A DNA stretch of 64,000 nucleotides from Trichormus sp. ATA11-4-KO1 (lineage in GTDB: Bacteria; Cyanobacteriota; Cyanobacteriia; Cyanobacteriales; Nostocaceae): assembly GCA_019358915.1 (NCBI GenBank), contig JAHHIM010000020.1:1-64000 (forward strand), written 5' to 3'. The translations under genes were made by a program, and so were the position numbers. This document shows positions 59,404-64,000 of this stretch, piece after piece. Numbering within the stretch: position 1 is the first letter of the stretch; each line of letters starts with the position of its first letter. Below the pieces are notes generated by a model. The model searched no databases and was not told where the DNA came from. It was given only the letters and a program-made list of their open reading frames with translations.

Positions 59404-60654
59404 ATGAGGACAAATGCTCATATCACCTTTTTTATACCAATTGAAAACAGGTTATTCATAGATGAAGTAGTCCAACACATGGCATTTTTTTTTATCAAAC
59501 GATTGCTTTGCTTTTTTCGTACCATAGCGGCTGTCGCTATTTTGCTTGTAGTACTAATCTATGCACCTCCTTCAGCTAAAGCTTCAGACCACCAAGACAC
59601 AACTTTTCTGGCCACTAAGCTGACTGCTGCTGATCTCACGGATTTGTTTGTATTTGAAAGTCCAAATGACCCTAATAATGCTGTCCTAGTAATGGACTTT
59701 GATCCTCTCATTGTTTCTAGGGAGAATAGGCCGTTCGACCCCAATGTTCTATATCAGTTCAAGGTTGATAACAATGGTGACAGTATCGAAGATGTCGTAC
59801 TCCAATTTAAAATAAATGGCACAGGCTCACAGCAAACTGTCACAGTATACGGACCAGACCGTCCCACAAAAGTAGGAACAGAATCCACCTTAGTTACAGC
59901 AAATTGGACAGGGCCACTCAACCAAGCATTCAGCACACATAACGGATTGAAGGTCTTCGTTGGCTTACGCAAAGACCCGTTCTTTTTCGATCTAGAGCAA
60001 TTCTTTAAAATTATCCCAGATCGCAACTATAACTTGCAACCTAATCCCAGTCCTCCCTTCCAAGTTCTTTCCTTTAGACCAGCAGGTCAAGCAAAAGATA
60101 CCCTAGCTCCATTTAATGTCCACTCAATCATTGTTGAGTTACCCAGGGAACTACTTGGTAGTGGCAAGATTGGTGCTTGGATAACAACTAGTGTAAAAAC
60201 GCCTAGACTCCAAAACGGTAACTTTGCTCAAATTGAACGGTTAGCAGTTCCAGCCTTGAATGAACTTTTTATGGACTTCAAAGCCCATAATAATAGTAAT
60301 CTTCAAACACCAACAAAAGATGCTAGCAATCAGTCCCAATTCATTCAAGCTTTTGTGAATGCAATTGGCAGACCTCAAGGTATAGCCAATGCAGTTATTT
60401 CTGTAGCAATTCCTGATGTCATCCAAGCTGACCTTTCTAAATCCAATGGTAGTTACTTTGGTTCTCAATTGGGTAACAACTTTGGTGGTAGAAGACCAAA
60501 AGATGACGTAATCGATGTCACAGCATCTGTCGTCTTTGGTGATGCAGTTACAGGAATTACGGCTGGTCAAATTCCGGCGTTAACTAGCGATAATGTCGGT
60601 CCCGACAATACTAACTTTCTGCCTACCTTTCCTTATTTAGGCAATCCTTTGTAA
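59404..60654 (+). CDS. DUF4331-family exported protein
   Basis: Hydrophobic signal ending AKA-SDHQD; ADLTDLFVF, GLRKDPFFFD, GRRPKDDVID; AAGGAGG RBS. Confidence 0.8.
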   Translation: MRTNAHITFFIPIENRLFIDEVVQHMAFFFIKRLLCFFRTIAAVAILLVVLIYAPPSAKASDHQDTTFLATKLTAADLTDLFVFESPNDPNNAVLVMDFDPLIVSRENRPFDPNVLYQFKVDNNGDSIEDVVLQFKINGTGSQQTVTVYGPDRPTKVGTESTLVTANWTGPLNQAFSTHNGLKVFVGLRKDPFFFDLEQFFKIIPDRNYNLQPNPSPPFQVLSFRPAGQAKDTLAPFNVHSIIVELPRELLGSGKIGAWITTSVKTPRLQNGNFAQIERLAVPALNELFMDFKAHNNSNLQTPTKDASNQSQFIQAFVNAIGRPQGIANAVISVAIPDVIQADLSKSNGSYFGSQLGNNFGGRRPKDDVIDVTASVVFGDAVTGITAGQIPALTSDNVGPDNTNFLPTFPYLGNPL

Positions 60655-60659
60655 AATTT

Positions 60660-62081
60660 ATGTATCTAAGAATACTATTATTAGTAGTGCTGGCTAGCCT
60701 ACTGATTTTACTAAGACCCTCTGATGCACAGGCAATTAGTTTAGGCTACACCAATAAATTAGTCAGCACATACTACCTTGTTGGGCAACTACTGACTGTT
60801 AAGCAGTCACAAGTAGTCAAGGATTCTCCTCTAGTCTTCCCTGATTATCTAGAGCGATCGCATATTATCAGCGTCTATGAGGAGAAAGTTGCTCAATCTC
60901 CCGATTCCTCAATATTCTTACGTCTACTAGCCGATCAATATTTGCGGCGCTTTCGAGAAGTTGGAGATATAGAAGATGTGTTACGAGCAGAACAGGCGGC
61001 ACGTAGCTCCCTAGCACTACAGCCGCACCATAATCAAGTTTCTTCTATGCTCTTAGCATCAGCTTTACTATCTCAACATAAGTTTAGACAGGCCTTAGAT
61101 GTATTAAATAATTCATCTGTTGATAATGCCAGCACTGTCTCGCTCAAAGCATCAATTCAAATGGAATTGGGTGACTATGAAGCAACCCATCAATTATTGC
61201 AGAATCTGACTGACCAAACATCTAACACTGGCCACAATGCAGTTGTTGCTCGTTATTTAGAGCTAACTGGCAATTTAACATCAGCACGGCAACTGTTAGA
61301 TGAAGCAATGCAGGAGATGGACTCTTTCTACACGAACCCAGCAGAAACCCGTGCTTGGTTTCATGTCCGGGCTGGGGATCTGGCTCTTGCGTCCGGGAAC
61401 TTTGTTCTGTCTGAGCAGCGATACCAAGAAGCTCTTGACCTCTTCCCTCGACATATAGCTGCGTTTACAGGACTAGCCCGCCTCTATGCCTCTGAGCATC
61501 GATGGCAAGATGCTCTCAATGCCGCGAATCAAGGTATAGAACTGATGCCGTTGGTAGAAACGCTTGGGTACAAAGCCGATGCCCAACTGGCTTTGGGAGA
61601 CCAAGCAGGTGCAGCTGCAACTGAAGATTTGATCGGGGTAGTAGCTGATCTCAGCAAGGTTAAAGGAATCTATGATCGCGCTTTAGCGATCTACTACACC
61701 GAACACGGAATCCACCTACCAGAAGCACTACAGATTGCCCGTAGTGAAGTAGTAGTGCGGGATGATATCTATGCAGAGGATACGCTGGCTTGGGCAGCTG
61801 CGGCTAATGGACAATGGCAAGAAGCACAACAGGCCGCACAACGGGCAACTCGCTATGGCACAGAAGATGCTTTGCTACAATTTCATGCTGGCATGATTGC
61901 GCTTCACTTAGGTAATCGTGAGGAAGCAATTAAACGACTAACTCAAGCTGTCAGCCTCAATCCTCACTTTCATCACAAGTACGCTGATGAAGCTCATCAA
62001 GTTTTGGCTAATTTAGTACCATCTATCTATCTGATTCAGGAAAATCACTTAACTCCTGACGTTATAAGAGGTTCTCTATGA
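60660..62081 (+). CDS. Tetratricopeptide-repeat protein with signal peptide
   Basis: N-terminal hydrophobic segment; multiple Ala/Leu-rich helical repeats (e.g. AIKRLTQAVSLNPHF). Confidence 0.8.
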   Translation: MYLRILLLVVLASLLILLRPSDAQAISLGYTNKLVSTYYLVGQLLTVKQSQVVKDSPLVFPDYLERSHIISVYEEKVAQSPDSSIFLRLLADQYLRRFREVGDIEDVLRAEQAARSSLALQPHHNQVSSMLLASALLSQHKFRQALDVLNNSSVDNASTVSLKASIQMELGDYEATHQLLQNLTDQTSNTGHNAVVARYLELTGNLTSARQLLDEAMQEMDSFYTNPAETRAWFHVRAGDLALASGNFVLSEQRYQEALDLFPRHIAAFTGLARLYASEHRWQDALNAANQGIELMPLVETLGYKADAQLALGDQAGAAATEDLIGVVADLSKVKGIYDRALAIYYTEHGIHLPEALQIARSEVVVRDDIYAEDTLAWAAAANGQWQEAQQAAQRATRYGTEDALLQFHAGMIALHLGNREEAIKRLTQAVSLNPHFHHKYADEAHQVLANLVPSIYLIQENHLTPDVIRGSL

Positions 62082-63532
62082 AAAAGCTGCTGCATCAGTT
62101 GGCTTGGATGACTGCAATCATCACCATGTGTTTATTTTGGATGCCGAGGGCAGATGCCCATCCTCTAGGCAATTTCACCATCAATCACTATGCGGGAGTC
62201 CAGGTAGCACCGGATGGTGTAGGGATTGATTATGTTCTGGATATGGCAGAAATCCCGGCTTTTCAGGAGATTAATCGCTTAGATACTAATCACAATCGCC
62301 AAACTGAGCCGTTAGAAACGGTTCAATACCCAGATCAAAAATGCCATGAGGCTAACTCACAGCTAGAACTGCTCATTAACAAACAGCTTTTAGCTTTGTC
62401 TGTGGTTAAATCAGCAGTCGAATTTCCTCTCGGTGTGGCAGGATTATCTACACTGCGTCTGAGTTGTAGCTTTCATGGAACAATCGAGTTATTGGGCGCG
62501 GATCAATTACTAGAGTTTGAAGATAAATTCTTCCCACAGCGTCTGGGTTGGCGTGAAATTACTGTGGTAGCCAATGGTGTTCCGGTTCAAGGTAATTTTG
62601 CCGCTTCTAGCATTAGTAACCGCTTGAGAGATTATCCCAATGACTTACTCAGTAGTCCTCTTGAGCAGCGTCATATTTCCTTGAAACTCAATCCATCTCT
62701 GATATCAAATAAACAAACACTACCACCGTCTGTTAAATCATCCAGTCACTCAGATAATGTTTTGATAGGAAGAGGCAATGATGTTTTTACTAACCTGATT
62801 ACCCAGGAAAATCATAATTTCTTGACTATCCTGATAGCTCTAGCGATCGCCTTTTTCTGGGGTGGTATACATGCTCTTTCCCCTGGTCATGGAAAAACTG
62901 TGGTGGGTGCTTATTTGGTAGGCTCTCGCAGCAAGCCCCAACACGCTCTATTTCTGGGGCTGATTATGACGATTACCCATACATCTGGCATATTTGCTTT
63001 AGGGCTGGTCACTCTTGGCACATCCCAGTTTATCTTGACAGAGCAATTGTACCCTTGGTTAAGTGTAATCTCTGGGATACTGGTAACTGTGATTGGTCTG
63101 AATTTGTTTATCAGGCGATGGCAAGGAAATCAGGTCTTTCATGTACATAGTTATCATCACCATCATGACCACGATCATGTACACCATGAGCATTCACATT
63201 ATAATGTGTCCTCTCTAACATGGTCTAGCATACTGGCACTAGGAATTTCTGGCGGTTTGTTACCTTGTCCTTCAGCCTTGGTAGTATTGCTAAGTGCGAT
63301 CGCGCTAGGAAAAATTGGCTTTGGACTAGCTCTGGTGTCTGCCTTTAGCTTAGGTCTAGCATCAGTACTTACTGGAATCGGCTTAATGTTGGTCTACGCT
63401 AAAGATAGGTTTGAGCATTTACCACTTCAGATACCCAAGATCAGAATGTTACCAATGGCAAGTGCTTTAGGCATTACCTTAATTGGCTTAGGTATTACTT
63501 CTCAGTCCTTATTGGGGCAACCTTGGAACTAA
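62078..63532 (+). CDS. Nickel/cobalt transporter (RcnA/NiCoT-like) with N-terminal periplasmic domain
   Basis: Signal then HPLGNFTINHY; GGIHALSPGHGKT; His-rich loop; GLLPCPSAL; several transmembrane segments. Confidence 0.82.
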   Translation: MKKLLHQLAWMTAIITMCLFWMPRADAHPLGNFTINHYAGVQVAPDGVGIDYVLDMAEIPAFQEINRLDTNHNRQTEPLETVQYPDQKCHEANSQLELLINKQLLALSVVKSAVEFPLGVAGLSTLRLSCSFHGTIELLGADQLLEFEDKFFPQRLGWREITVVANGVPVQGNFAASSISNRLRDYPNDLLSSPLEQRHISLKLNPSLISNKQTLPPSVKSSSHSDNVLIGRGNDVFTNLITQENHNFLTILIALAIAFFWGGIHALSPGHGKTVVGAYLVGSRSKPQHALFLGLIMTITHTSGIFALGLVTLGTSQFILTEQLYPWLSVISGILVTVIGLNLFIRRWQGNQVFHVHSYHHHHDHDHVHHEHSHYNVSSLTWSSILALGISGGLLPCPSALVVLLSAIALGKIGFGLALVSAFSLGLASVLTGIGLMLVYAKDRFEHLPLQIPKIRMLPMASALGITLIGLGITSQSLLGQPWN

Positions 63533-63575
63533 ATAAAATTGCTGAGTTTTGTAAAAATAACCCTGAATAACTATT

Positions 63576-64000
63576 ATGTCACAAGCAATTAAAGAATCCA
63601 TTGTTATTACTTCTGTTGTGATCGCTCTATCTCTAAGTGTTACCCTACCTTCTGAGGCATTCACAGCTTCATATTCAGGTGACACAACAAATGCACCAAC
63701 CTTTAACCGCCCTGAAACAGAAGGTTTTGAAGGTGGTACTAATCCACCCACAGCACTTTCTAGTAACGGTACTGCTGTTCCTTATTTCAGCCAACCCTTC
63801 TTTGTTAATACTACTGGCTCTTATGATATCGTCGGTTCTCAAGCTTTCCTGGGTATTCAATTTTTGTACCAGAATAGTTTTGACTCGACTACCCCATTAG
63901 CTAATTTACTCAACGGGAATGATCCTTTCCCTGATGAGGGTAACTCTGGTTTTAATGGGTTAAACTTAATAGCCAATAATCAATACTTTTTAGTCACTAC
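63576..64000 (+). CDS. Secreted protein, 5' part only (possibly PEP-CTERM type)
   Basis: Open frame to the window end, absent from the ORF track: MSQAIKESIVITSVVIALSLSVTLPSEAFTASYSGDTTNAPTFNRP..., with a signal-peptide-like N-terminus. The C-terminus is not visible. Confidence 0.65.
   Translation, partial: MSQAIKESIVITSVVIALSLSVTLPSEAFTASYSGDTTNAPTFNRPETEGFEGGTNPPTALSSNGTAVPYFSQPFFVNTTGSYDIVGSQAFLGIQFLYQNSFDSTTPLANLLNGNDPFPDEGNSGFNGLNLIANNQYFLVT

Noticed and set aside
1522..63303. Recurrent GCGATCGC as a special repeat or array
   Set aside because: This is HIP1, ubiquitous in many cyanobacteria; useful only as a taxonomic hint.
1196..63900. The many 60-116 aa alternative-frame and antisense ORFs in the track
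   Set aside because: They overlap long, motif-rich genes or repeats and show no recognisable motifs; treated as shadow ORFs.

Overview
The window is AT-rich cyanobacterial DNA, most likely Nostocales, judged by abundant HIP1 GCGATCGC sites, STRR tandem repeats and SDR/REP-type palindromes. About 57.5 kb (1346-58883) is one apparently complete, co-oriented hybrid NRPS/PKS cluster that I cannot match to a characterised pathway. Gene order: FAAL-ACP-C-A(Asn)-PCP; PKS (KS-AT-KR-ACP); PKS (KS-AT[GYSLG]-MT-degenerate KR-ACP); a four-gene hydroxymalonyl-ACP cassette (FkbK/J/I/H-like, no FkbG); C-A(Ala)-PCP-E; a His-less stand-alone C; Dab aminotransferase; half-C-A(Dab)-PCP; PKS; C-A(Gly)-PCP-C; TauD beta-hydroxylase; interface-like-A(Asp)-PCP with a deleted E domain; a second His-less stand-alone C; JmjC oxygenase; half-C-A(Dab)-PCP-C-TauD; interface-like-A(Asp)-PCP-R; aldo-keto reductase; MbtH. 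The inferred product is a reductively released lipopeptide-polyketide with two beta-OH-Asp and two Dab residues, possibly a metallophore, although no uptake genes lie in the window. Downstream are a DUF4331 protein, a TPR protein, a Ni/Co-transporter-like gene and a truncated secreted-protein gene. Domain and substrate calls come from motifs read by eye; no database search was run.
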